From positions 4,471,125 to 4,535,124 of the forward strand of contig CM082586.2 of the NCBI GenBank assembly GCA_040954595.2: a DNA stretch of 64,000 nucleotides. Reading direction: 5' to 3'. The DNA is from Balanoglossus misakiensis. Its lineage: Eukaryota; Animalia; Hemichordata. Below, one piece after another: positions 38,051 to 50,572 of this stretch. Below the pieces are notes generated by a model. The model worked only from the letters and a program-made list of their open reading frames with translations, was not told the DNA's origin and did not search any database. Position 1 is the stretch's first letter; each line of letters begins with the position of its first letter. The translations under genes and the position numbers were made by a program.

Positions 38051-40059
38051 TTAGCTGACAAAAATGGCAAACTAAACAGAACTGGGCAAATTTCTTTACT
38101 TATTCACAACTAGAAACCAAGAATTATTTAACTATTGGTGAAATTTAAAAAGTCCAGTCCGTTCAAGAAAAATCTTTCAAAGGAAAGTATTACGGCAAAT
38201 GAAAAAAAAAATTATATCTTGTTTTCACATAAATCTAGCACCATTTGAAGCAAGTCACATGACCTGTGACCCTTGAACTTATACTTTTTGAGATTACACT
38301 ATTCCAAAACGCATTCTCTCCAACTCTCTCTCTCTCTAAAAAAAAATCAAGTTTATTGCCTTTAGGAGAAAATTTATATATGTATGCAAGATGCACGATA
38401 AGTTTTTCTGAACTCATTCTCTTCATATCTGAAACCCGACATTTACATTTTTTTTACCCACACTGAAAACTGATGAAAAATCTCTCATTGCAAATGAACT
38501 GTCTCCGTATGAAGATGCAAAGTTTACACCAGAAACAAATGGATCAAAATACTTCACAAAAAATCAGAGGAAATTAACATCTTGTTTAGAAATAGCTCAC
38601 AAACACTTAAAACTACAAATGTTTAACAAATATAAAACTGTTAAGATTTTTTTTGGCTTTGAGGCAATTTCATGTTTCAATTTTAGATGGTGAAAAGCAC
38701 TAAAACAACTGTTCCAAACTTAGTATATTTTTCTAGAAAATGTTTTTTTTTTTATAAAATGAGTACTTTTGTGTAAACCTTAATTATGCAACACTGAGTT
38801 GCCGTGGTTACCGTAATATTGCAAGGTTTCTGTTCATTCATTAAAGTCAGAGTTTGTGTTTTGATTATCTTTGACAATTTTTGATTATCTCGACAATTTT
38901 TTACAGAACACATTGGCAAAAGCAGCCTGAAAATGTTCACTGTTTACTTTGGACTCTGGTTGTTATAGCTACAGACTGGCTTTCAGAATGCTACTACAGA
39001 CAAAACAACACTGTTTATTTGTGGAGGCCATGTAAAGCACACTTTATCTCAGCAATTAAAGCCCCATTGGCCACCTTGTTTTGCATTATTTTCATGATTT
39101 TACTTCTTAAAATTAGTTTTCCATTTAAATGAGCAAAGTGATGGGTATACACTAACATATTATCAACCGTTGATTGTGGCTGTACATGTAAATATAAACA
39201 AGTTCAATAATAAACGGGTGTCACACCTGATTATTCAGCCGCCCATTGCAAAAGTACACAACTGTATCGTGGTACACGTACATGGGTATTAGAATGTCCA
39301 CAAATTCAAAATGTCATCAGTCGACCAAGGATAAGTAGAAGATTGTAGTATTTTGTCAATATACAGGCTAACATTGGCATGGGGCTTTAACATGCTGTCT
39401 AAGATTTTGTCCTGTGTATTCTTTTGGCATTCATTATTCAAGATTCACATTAACAATTGAAAACGTAGTGTTGATAAATCTAGTCAAAATATAATACCGT
39501 AAAAAAATTAAGGATGTAACAACACAGAAAATGAAACTATTGTCATTTTCTTGTAATTTGAAGTTTTAAATATTTATTTTTGAGAAGCATCTACGAAATC
39601 CATTGACCACTAATTTTTATGACACTGCACAGTGAATGGAGGGGGGTGGGGGGTGGGGGAGGTGGTAAGATAACAAGGAGAGCCCCATAGTGACGAAATT
39701 TATATATTTATTTATTTATACCACACGATAAAGATTTCTTGGGTCAAGGCTCTTATACAAATTCCAGGAAAATGACAATAGCAGAACACTGTTTTCTTCT
39801 CAAGGGAGGAGATGTGGGGTTCTGACTTTGTGTAGGTACATCCTTAACGAAAAGCACACAGAGTCCCTGAAACATTGCAAAGACGTGAGAAAATCCGCTA
39901 CACGTCTACCCCTACTTTTCTAGCAAAATGGTACAGTCTTGTTCTTTGGTATTGCGGGTTATCTCACTCAAGTGGGAGAGAGAGGGGGGAGGGGTAAGGT
40001 GGGATTAACTTGAGTTGTTTCGAGACTAACACCTTGAACTGCAAGAGTTGTTGGCGGGT

Positions 40060-40956
40060 TTAGATCGGTGTTAGGGTGGCTTTCTGTCTGGCTGTAAGAT
40101 CCGGATGCCACATGTCCACAATAATTACGAGTCTGTAAGTGTCTGCCTCCTGCCACACCTCATGTTCGAACGAATCGTCCAAGATTATCACTTTGCCTTC
40201 TTCCCAAGTTCTGAAAAATATAATAGTACAAAAAGTCTTTAGAGATTTGCCCAAGCCAACATATTGTTCTGTTGGTGGTTTGGAAGCTAATTATTTTTCG
40301 CAGCAACACAGCATAAATTTGGCCTAAGGTTGCAAGGGACCATGACTTTTCACAATCCTATCAGAAAAACACTCCTCAAGGGTACAGCGCCCCCATATGA
40401 TTACAGTTTGTCGCAGGAGGGCGCGAAGTCCCAAGGATACATACATAAATCAACAAAAGGTCATTGACCTCGAGTTCCGACTTCAACAGGTCATTTACAT
40501 CTACTGTTCTATTTCAGACATAATGACAAACACATTTAAAGCAAATACGAATCAGGTCAGAGCCACAGTACTATGCACAAAACTGATACACGACCTTACA
40601 AATGACTTCAGATATTTTCTACTATTTTGAAAATACTCTTGCCATTTAGTTTTTAACTAAGATGATGATTCGAAAGAGTAGAACCAAGAAAAAGAAACAC
40701 TGAGCTTACTTAGTATCGTTTCCCACTCTTATCCGGACGTTCTCCGGTACTTTCAGTCCCAGATGCATCCGGAGTCTGCAGTTGGTCGGGCCGCAGTGTG
40801 GCCAGACATGTGTGCCTGGGTGCATGATGGAAAACTTCACCTGAAAACAGAAGAGTCGAGATGCAACTGTAGGAAGATACTTGACTTGTGTACATGTATT
40901 CAAAGACAATAACTGGCTCAAACAACTAACTTGGTCCAGGTCATTGACACATACAC

Positions 40957-40990
<34 letters not shown>

Positions 40991-42889
40991 TGTGATGTTA
41001 TGGTGATTACCTGGCCTCGTTTGCATCCAGCAGCCTCTCTTATTGTGTCAATAACCTCGCAAGTTTTGGGCGTCTTCTGGCAGTTTTCAGTCAGTTTTTT
41101 ACCTTTGAAATGAAAAAATGATTAAAAGTTTACATCATATAAATATTCACACATCATCAAATATAAGTTGGAGCTCTCTACGTTAATGACCAAAGTTTTT
41201 TCTAAATTATGCAATATTTTAAGTAGGTGTTCTTACCCTGTTGATAGAGAGTAAATTGTTTCCAATCTCCAGTTTCTCGAAGATTCTCATCTTCTCCTAC
41301 AAATCCACCAGTAGCAGAATCAATCAAAGCCAGGCCTTCGTCTCGAATCACTTCCCAGTTTTCCTCTAATTTCTACAGGAAAAAATGTCAAAAATGGAAA
41401 AAGATTTGAAGTAGTTTGATCTCTCAGCATTGCATGTAATGATAGCAAATTTGACAGCAATACACAAATACATGATGATTCATATTTCTCGTTTCTATTA
41501 GTACAGTGTCACCCTCATAATTTGTTAGTAAAACATTCTGCATTTCATGGTAAGTATGAGAATTACTGGTACAAGCTGTTGTCCAGGTGGCTTAGGTAAA
41601 TATTTACTCGTCTGAGAGAAAGAACAGATCCATTACATGATGTTATTTTAATGTCACATTTGCATTCAAATTCATTCTTTGGTATCAACTGTGGTATGGG
41701 ATAATCAAATATGAAGTTCCCTGTACAATGGTGAACCATTGATTCGTTCCGGTAATAATTAATAGGAACGTATCTAATCATTAATTATATGAACTTCAGT
41801 TTATCTGCAGCAGATGTTTCTAGTGTCATGCACCTTCTATCAGAAATACGGACTGTACCTGCACATGATGCGTAAATCTCGCTTGCTCCGGTGTCCACCA
41901 TGGTCTCCCAGTCAAACCATCCACGTTATAGAGCGATCTCTGCCACACTGATTTGAAGTGACCTCGTTTAGCGCCTTTTCCATATACTTCATAAGCCTGA
42001 AAGTCAGATGGAAACGTGTTTTTTTTCTACTATGTGCCTCTGTGCATTTAACAAATCATTTGCACAAAGAGACCAGAGTAATCCCTTTAAAGCCCCTCTG
42101 CCACTATGGTTTGGTCCAAATGTTTTGTTTTCTATGATTAAAATTGGACCTCTACACAGGAGAATGGGGTGATAGGGATATGCGGCACAGCGAGACTGCA
42201 GACTGCGGACATCAACTAACCTCATCTTTCTGCCCCAGTCTGTGAAGAGCATCACCGAGATGGAAGTAGAACTTTCCCTCGTCCGTTCCTGGCTGCCCGC
42301 TCTCAATGCCTTCTCTGAGTAGAGGCACAGCGTTGGCGTAGTCTGTCTTCGCTTTCAAAATGAAACCCAGGTGCACCTTGGCAAATCCATTCTCTGGGTG
42401 AGCTTTAACAACCTGATAAAACAAATTAACCCTTTAAGGACTGAAATTTTTCCCACCAAAATTTTTGAACAAAAATTCTTGTTTCTCTGTAATTTTTTGA
42501 CATAAATCAACTTTATTTTAGATCAGAATAGAAGAAATATTACTTCCTAATGCAATAATATTGTTATATTAACAACCTGATGGGGGGGGGGGAAATCAAA
42601 CAATTGACAGAGAAAGGTGATTCACTATCAGTATAATTTCTGTTGTACATTGCTAATGCACCTGTATTCACAGACAAGAGGGACTGACCTTGTCAAAAAC
42701 GGCTTCCGCCTGGTCGTTTTCACCGCCAATCAAATGAGCCACTCCAAGATTGCACGCGATCTCAACATCATCCGGGATCAGGTCGTGCAGGTGGGCCATC
42801 ACTTGTACCGCCCTCTTACTCCTCCCTGCGAAGGGGATGGCAGACAGTGAGGATATGCAGAGAGAGAGAGGGGAGGGATGGGGAGGGAG

Positions 42890-42929
<40 letters not shown>

Positions 42930-45900
42930 GATAGGTAGGTAGGTAGGTATGTAGGTAGGCAGGTAGGTAGGTAGGCAGGTAGGTAGGTAGGCAGGTAGGT
43001 AGGCAGGTAGGTAGGTAGGCAGGTAGGTAGGTAGGCAGGCAGGTAGGTAGGCAGGTAGGTAGGTAGGCAGGTACGTAGGCAGGCAGGCAGGTAGGTAAGT
43101 AGGTAGGTAGGCAGGCAGGTAGGTAGGTAGGCAGGTAGGTAGGTAGGTAGGAAGGCAGGTAGGTAGGCAGGTAGGTAGGCAGGGGCAGGCAGGTAGGTAG
43201 GCAGGTAGGTAGGTAGGTAGGTAGAGAGACAGAGAGGTAGAAAGAAGTGGGCTGGAAGGATGGGAGAGAGAGAGGCCAACCACAGCCCATACACAAGTCT
43301 ATGTGCTGACAGGAAATGTTGCCTGAATCTCCAGAACCTTTAATATGACCAGTCAAATAACATGAAAGCACAGTCACTCCGCACAGGACATACTCACCAA
43401 AAAATTGCAACCGGTTTACTTGTCTTTCCAACGCCTTCCTCTTCAAAGCGAGAGGACAGTTGGTCGCCCTGGCGACATCTCCGTATGCATTGATACTTTC
43501 TTGCAGGTACTTGTTGCTCTGTCTTTTCTCTGCCAGTTCATCCAAACATCTCGCTTTTCCGTATCTGGCTTTGGGACTGTCTGGTGATTTCCACAGCGCG
43601 TCTTCGTACGTACCAAGAGCTTCTGCGACCATGCCCTATAATGGAGCAGACAACGGTAACACAACGTACTGTAGCATTCTTAGGGAGCAGATAGGAATGT
43701 AATTCTTAGCGAAGCGACTGACACAATCCTTGCAGTTCTAAATGGCCAATGAGTATTAACTTCCATAAGGATCTTCAACCAACCATAGAGCTAAAGAACA
43801 AGCACTACATCACATCTATTAATTTTTGGTTAGACAACACAGATTGTCAATTTTGCTAGTTCAAAATACTGCGAAAACTGCAAACAATAGTGTTTACACA
43901 CTAACAAGCAGCACCTAGCTAAATCATGGATTGGGCAAATTACTATGTTTCTATAATCTGAGATTGATCCCCCTTTATTTTCCTAAGATTTACCGCCTTA
44001 TTTTTCATTATATCACATTATGATTTTGGAATTATTTATTATAATGAGGGTAAGCGGCACAACTTAAAAGTAAAATAAGCATATAATGACATAAGTAGAA
44101 AATAATTAAGCATCATGGTAAAAATAAAAATTAAAGGAGTCATAAAGTCATAAAGTGATAAAATAAATAACTGAAAAAAATCATATAATATTTACAAAAT
44201 CATGACAGCTAACAAGTAGAAAATAAAAGAAAAAAAACAGCATCATGAAATGAGCAAATAAATACAAAATAATGAAACAAACATCACACCACATCGCAAC
44301 TGGTACATAATTGCAAAGTAAATCATTTACTCTGCAATTATGCACCAGTTGCAAAGGTAAAATACTACAATTGGATAGGAAAAGTAACCACTTTCCGTAT
44401 ATCAATCAGCAAATACAATAATATCCTGCTGTCGCTGGTCTCCAGCCTTTGCACTTCTCCTCCAGGAATTCTGCATGTAACTCTGAAGCATGGTCTTCTC
44501 GGTGTTGATAACCCTGGTTTCAACTCATGGAGCTGAGAACACTCAGCTTCCAATCCAAGATCGATTGTTAGTCTTTAGAGTCACGTGACAAGAATGGAGG
44601 TGTACACCCATACATTACGACAATGAGAATAGCATGTACTACAGTGATACAGAAGATCATCCCAGTCCGACTGAAAGTGCAGACTTTAGGGACAATTACT
44701 CTTGGGAGCAAAAAGTATGAGAACAGTGCAAAGTGGTGTTACCGAAATAAACAAGTAAACAGGTGATAACATGTGAAACATGAAGGTACAACACTAAGTT
44801 GAGAAAAATTCTATCCCAATCACTACTTTCTACCCCAAGAAGATGACATAACACAGTGAAGAGATATGTCCATGGTGTCACATTATAAATGGTGTACTCT
44901 ATGGCAAAACATGTTACAAATATCATTGAGGGATCACCATAAAATGTATGGAAATGACCAAACACCATGATAGCTTAGCATACGTCTAAAAGTGAAAATG
45001 CAGGTGAAGTACATGAACAAACACTTAACAGGTGGTTAGAGACTATTGGCTTTCAAGTACAAGAAAAGTGGTTGAAAACAGATAGCTTGAGAAAAACGTG
45101 TTTGTGAGTTTTGAAATCCTAAGTGTAAACTTTCAAGGCCCAGTTACTGCTTCTCCTTGCTCATTCAGAATCACACAACTATAAGAAACAGGGTCATTTG
45201 ATTTACTGAACCAACACAAATTTATTGCCGACAGTTCAATGTGTTTCGTCAAAGGTAGGAAGCTGTAGGTTTTGAGAATTCTTTCAAATAATTTGTTGTG
45301 TATGAAATGCAGTTTCTGAGTAAAACAAGAACTGCAATTAATACACTGAAGGAAATTACTCAAACTGTTTTCCTCAAACTTACAGCTACTATATCTTTGA
45401 TGACAAAAGATTTTTACATTGAAATGAATTACGTATTACAATAAATCATATGTTACACCAAAGTACCTCCACCACATGTCTACATGTCTGTGTACATCAC
45501 CTGCATAAATTCATCATAACTTAATTGGAAGTTCTGTCGGATATCTCTCTTGTTTAAAGTCAATGGGATTATCAACAAATGGCAAAACGGAGAGTATTAA
45601 TTGAATGTTCAAAAGTCAGTGCATAGAAGTCTTTCAAATTTTGCTTCTGTGGCATCCTGAGCTTATAAAAGGAATTGTTTATGGCCAGTTGACTCCATGT
45701 CACACACTTTTCTTAGTGAAGCCTGTCATGGTTCTGAATTGGCGGACGAGCATTCCTGAAGTAGTAAGTCAGCATTCTGGAATTCAAGTCACCAATCCGA
45801 CTGCTGAATTTGCCGGCTGCGTGGATTGGTGCAGTAGGCCCGGATTAGAATCCTTAAAATACATATTGGCTCGATGATGTCTTTCATGACACCAAGATGG

Positions 45901-48900
45901 ACTTGATGTTATCATATTACACAGAGTTGGTGACCATGAGAGAACATAGTCTTCTGGTGAAGTTGTGACCAGGTATTCATTGTGTTCAAGTTTGCAATAA
46001 ATGGGTACAGGGTTTGGCAATAAAATTAGTACATTTATGTAGAAAACAAAGGCAAAGAAAATGACTAACACAAATTAACACAGGGATGGTTGATGGATAC
46101 AAATCCTAACAGCTCCTGCAAACTTATGCATAGAAGCTACAAGCATAAGTATTCTCTGGCTCTGCATGCATAAAATCAAATGGAATAGGCTTTGATCATT
46201 GAAAAACCTATGTTATTATAAAATACTGACAAATTGCTGTTTATCTAACTCAAGACTACTTTACCTTTCGCAATTGTTCATCAGCCACTTTCAATTCTTC
46301 TGCTGCTAACTGATCTTCAGTGAGTTCATGTATCTGCTCTTGTTCAGTGTTTTCACTTGATTGAGGTGGCGAAGTTTCTTTCATTGCTTCATCTTTGGCC
46401 GATGGCTTGTCTTCCTTCTCTGGTGGTGGAGGAGGTTCCTTCTTCACCTCTTCCTTGGCTGGTGGTGCCTCTTCCTTCTTTGGTGGAGGGGGGACCTCCT
46501 TCTTCGCCTCTTCCTTGGCTGGTGCTGCTTCTTCCTTCTTTGGTGGAGGGGGGACCTCCTTCTTCGCCTCTTCCTTGGCTGGTGCTGCTTCTTCCTTGGC
46601 TGGTGCTGCTTCTTCCTTTTTTGGTGGAGGGGGGACCTCCTTCTTCGCCTCTTCCTTGGCTGGTGCTGCTTCTTCCTTCTTTGGTGGAGGGGGGACCTCC
46701 TTCTTCGCCTCTTCCTTGGCTGGTGCTGCTTCTTCCTTGGCTGGTGCTGCTTCTTCCTTTTTTGGTGGAGGGGGGACCTCCTTCTTAGCCTCTTCCTTGG
46801 CTGGTGCTGCTTCTTCCTTCTTTGCTGGAGGGGGGACCTCCTTCTTCGCCTCTTCCTTGGCTGGTGCTGCTTCTTCCTTCTTTGGTGGTGGGGGTACCTC
46901 CCTTTTCGCCTCTTCCTTGGCTGGTGCTGCTTCTTCCTTCTTTGGTGGCGGAGGTACCTCCTTCTTCACCTCTTCCTTGGCTGGTGGTGTCTCTTCCTTC
47001 TTTGGTGGAGGGGGGACCTCCCTCTTTGCCTCTTCCTTGGCTGGTGGTGCTTCTTCCTTCTTTGGTGGTGGAGGTACCTCCTTCTTCACCTCTTCCTTGG
47101 CTGGTGCTGCTTCTTCCTTCTTTGGTGGAGGGGGGACCTCCTTCTTCGCCTCTTCCTTGGCTGGTGCTGCTTCTTCCTTGGCTGGTGCTGCTTCTTCCTT
47201 TTTTGGTGGAGGGGGGACCTCCTTCTTCGCCTCTTCCTTGGCTGGTGCTGCTTCTTCCTTCTTTGCTGGAGGGGGGACCTCCTTCTTCGCCTCTTCCTTG
47301 GCTGGTGCTGCTTCTTCCTTCTTTGGTGGTGGGGGTACCTCCCTTTTCGCCTCTTCCTTGGCTGGTGCTGCTTCTTCCTTCTTTGGTGGTGGAGGTACCT
47401 CCTTCTTCACCTCTTCCTTGGCTGGTGGTGTCTCTTCCTTCTTTGGTGGAGGGGGGACCTCCCTCTTTGCCTCTTCCTTGGCTGGTGGTGCTTCTTCCTT
47501 CTTTGGTGGTGGAGGTACCTCCTTCTTCACCTCTTCCTTGGCTGGTGCTGCTTCTTCCTTGGCTGGTGCTGCTTCTTCCTTCTTTGGTGGTGGAGGTACC
47601 TCCTTCTTCACCTCTTCCTTGGCTGGTGCTGCTTCTTCCTTGGCTGGTGCTGCTTCTTCCTTCTTTGGTGGTGGAGGTACCTCCTTCTTCACCTCTTCCT
47701 TGGCTGGTGCTGCTTCTTCCTTGGCTGGTGCTGCTTCTTCCTTCTTTGGTGGTGGAGGTACCTCCTTCTTCACCTCTTCCTTGGCTGGTGGTGTCTCTTC
47801 CTTCTTTGGTGGAGGGGGGACCTCCCTCTTTGCCTCTTCCTTGGCTGGTGGTGCTTCTTCCTTCTTTGGTGGTGGAGGTACCTCCTTCTTCACCTCTTCC
47901 TTGGCTGGCGGTGCCTCTTCCTTCTTTGGTGGCGAAGGTGGTTCCTTCTTCACCTCTTCCTTGGCTGGTGCTGCTTCTTCCTTCTTTGGTGGTGGAGGTA
48001 CCTCCTTCTTCACCTCTTCCTTGGCTGGTGGTGTCTCTTCCTTCTTTGCTGGTGGGGGGACCTCCCTCTTCACCTCTTCCTTGGCTGGTGCTGCTTCTTC
48101 CTTCTTTGGTGGCGGAGGTGGTTCCTTCTTCACCTCTTCCTTGGCTGGTGCTGCTTCTTCCTTCTTTGGTGGCGGAGGTGGTTCCTTCTTCACCTCTTCC
48201 TTGGCTGGTGGTGGGACTTCCTTCTTTGGTGGTGGAGGTACCTCCTTCTTCACCTCTTCCTTGGCTGGTGGTGGGACTTCCTTCTTCACCTCTTCCTTGA
48301 CTGGTACTTTTTCGACTGGCTTCTGAGCTTCTTTCTTTATTTCTTCTTCAGCAGGAGGCTTTTTGTCTTCTTTCTTTGGTTCATCTTTTTGAGGAGGCTC
48401 TCTTTCCTTATCTTTTTGTTTCTGTGGTGGCTTTTTGCTCTTCTGTTTAGAATCAGTTTTGCTTTCTGCAGCTACTGTCTCATCTTTCTTTGCCTTTTGT
48501 TTCTTCTTTACTGGCTGAACAACAATTTCTTCATCCTTAGCACCTTGAAGAACAAAATAAAGTTTTCACCATGTTGAACAAAAATATGTTACGTATATAA
48601 TAGGGCTATGGATTTTTCTCTCTTTAAACAATAACTTTATCTGAACTCCAGACTTGTCAGGTAGTCAGACGAAGAGAATAACATGAACAAATTTCCCTTT
48701 CATTACCACGTCCTAGTGAATTTTGAGATCATTCCTAACTTACCCATTAATTCTTTGAAATCAATGACGTCAAAGTAATAGACAGCTGCAGCTGCAGCCG
48801 CAGCTACAACCAGCAAGAGTATCACGATGTAAATGCCACTGCCACTGCCACCAGAAGATGACTTTGAGGTCTTCTTCTTTGACTTAGGAGAATCTGTTTT

Positions 48901-50541
48901 GAGAAAAGAGAAAAATACGCCTATCCTTTAAGGTCCCATGAGATGCAAGGTGAAGTTGTTACTGTTAATCACATTTCCAAGTTCCTCAAACAATTGATAT
49001 CCCGGAAAAAAAAGTCCCATGATTATTGCCATGGATACATACATACAGTATACATTTTAATCTGTGATATAGCCTATATTGAATGATTCTGACGAGCAGT
49101 CACCATAAATAAATATGAGCCTGGCACATGTATTTTTAACCAGTGTGACCTTGGCAACAGAATTGATCAACTTAATGGAAAACCAGTCTTTAACAGAATC
49201 TGGTCTACCAGCACAACTTTAAAATGCTCAAAATGCATGGTGATTCATGAATCAATTACTAATACTACGCTTTAATTTTCAGTCTCTTTTTGGGAGGATT
49301 TTACTGGAATATTTGATCATTCAGTTTCACCTGTACTGTGACAAACACACAGAGTACAAAATTACATTGCACATATGCTGCAGCAGAGTAGCTGAAACCA
49401 TATGGTTTGGAATCCCTTAAAACACAAGTTGATTATTGAAATAAAGTAGGATTATCGTTCTCAGCCTGTTACAGCAGCCCAGACTGGTCTCAAATCTCTC
49501 CCATAATGCAATGCATCATGGATGAAGCTGATAACTTTTTATCGTATGCAGGCTGTGCAGATCACATAGATGAAACTCATTTAGACAAATAAACATAAAA
49601 CAAGAGACAACTATTTTATATTTTCTTCATATGCATGTAATGGGGCCAATTTAAAGGAATTATCAGGCAGCGAATCTATTTCGGAATGAAAAAGTTCATT
49701 TGTGGTACAAACAGAACAATAATTCATATATGCACTATTAAGTGCCATTTTTTAATAATATGATATAATACTTCAGTCTTCTCTGTATGCTTAGTTATCA
49801 AACAACACCATTTTTAATTTGTGTAGATTCAATTTATATATGGGAAATGGCTCAGAATGGAAAATTAGCACCCTTTTCTTCGCTTTTAAGATAATTTTCT
49901 TACATCATCAGTGTGAGTGGGTTTGTCGAGTCAGCGGCGCGTTACATTGGGTTAAAGGGCACGCTGTTGTCCTGTTATATAATCTGAGTCTAAAGTCAGT
50001 CTCAACTTTTGGTCTCTTGTCCAGGGTGGGCTTCATGCATGAAAACGTGGCATACATGTGGTTACATAACATGCGGCTCTCAGCATGCATAATGCCAGAT
50101 TAATTAATTGTAACCTGAAAATAAGGTGGCTACCATACTCTCCACAAATTGTTCAGAACTCACAGACAATTTGCCTGCACTTGCTACTGGTTTGTTTCAA
50201 AGTCCCATGTACGTTTCCATAATTTTAAAAGATGCATGGTAAATTGCATTCTTCTAACAAACATACATGTAGATGTGGCCAGGGGATATGCGTATTTATA
50301 GTGCAAAGACCAATTCAGTCGCCCTTATGTTAAATTTATGTGGCAGCGATAACAAAACCATATCAAGCTGTATTAGAACTCGAAAGGGATGTTTATTAAT
50401 GATAAATTGTGCACTGCAAGGTTCTTCCTTTTCATCTGAGTTTTGGTCATCAATATTGCAGCATTCCTGACAGCTGTCTGAGACAAAAGGTTTTGTCCTA
50501 CTCCCACCAGTGATCAATATGTTTACCTGTCTATTAGTACC

Positions 50542-50572
<31 letters not shown>

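Noticed and set aside
42668-43294. LPTY/LPAY-repeat ORFs
   Set aside because: Translation of an intronic (AGGT/AGGC)n microsatellite; only 42825-42689 is exonic.
45790-45830. Small hairpin CACCAATCC...GGATTGGTG in ASPH intron 3
   Set aside because: Only a 9-bp perfect stem and no recognisable ncRNA or SECIS motif; compatible with chance.
46420-48298. Regular repeat array as possible CRISPR
   Set aside because: No unique spacers, eukaryotic context, no cas genes; it is an in-frame coding minisatellite.
46357-48577. Long plus-strand ORFs (738, 643, 498 aa; WCCFFLL, GAASSFF, LPWLV repeats)
   Set aside because: Antisense shadows of the ASPH coding repeat, whose unit happens to lack stops on that strand. 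The minus frame splices in phase into ASPH.
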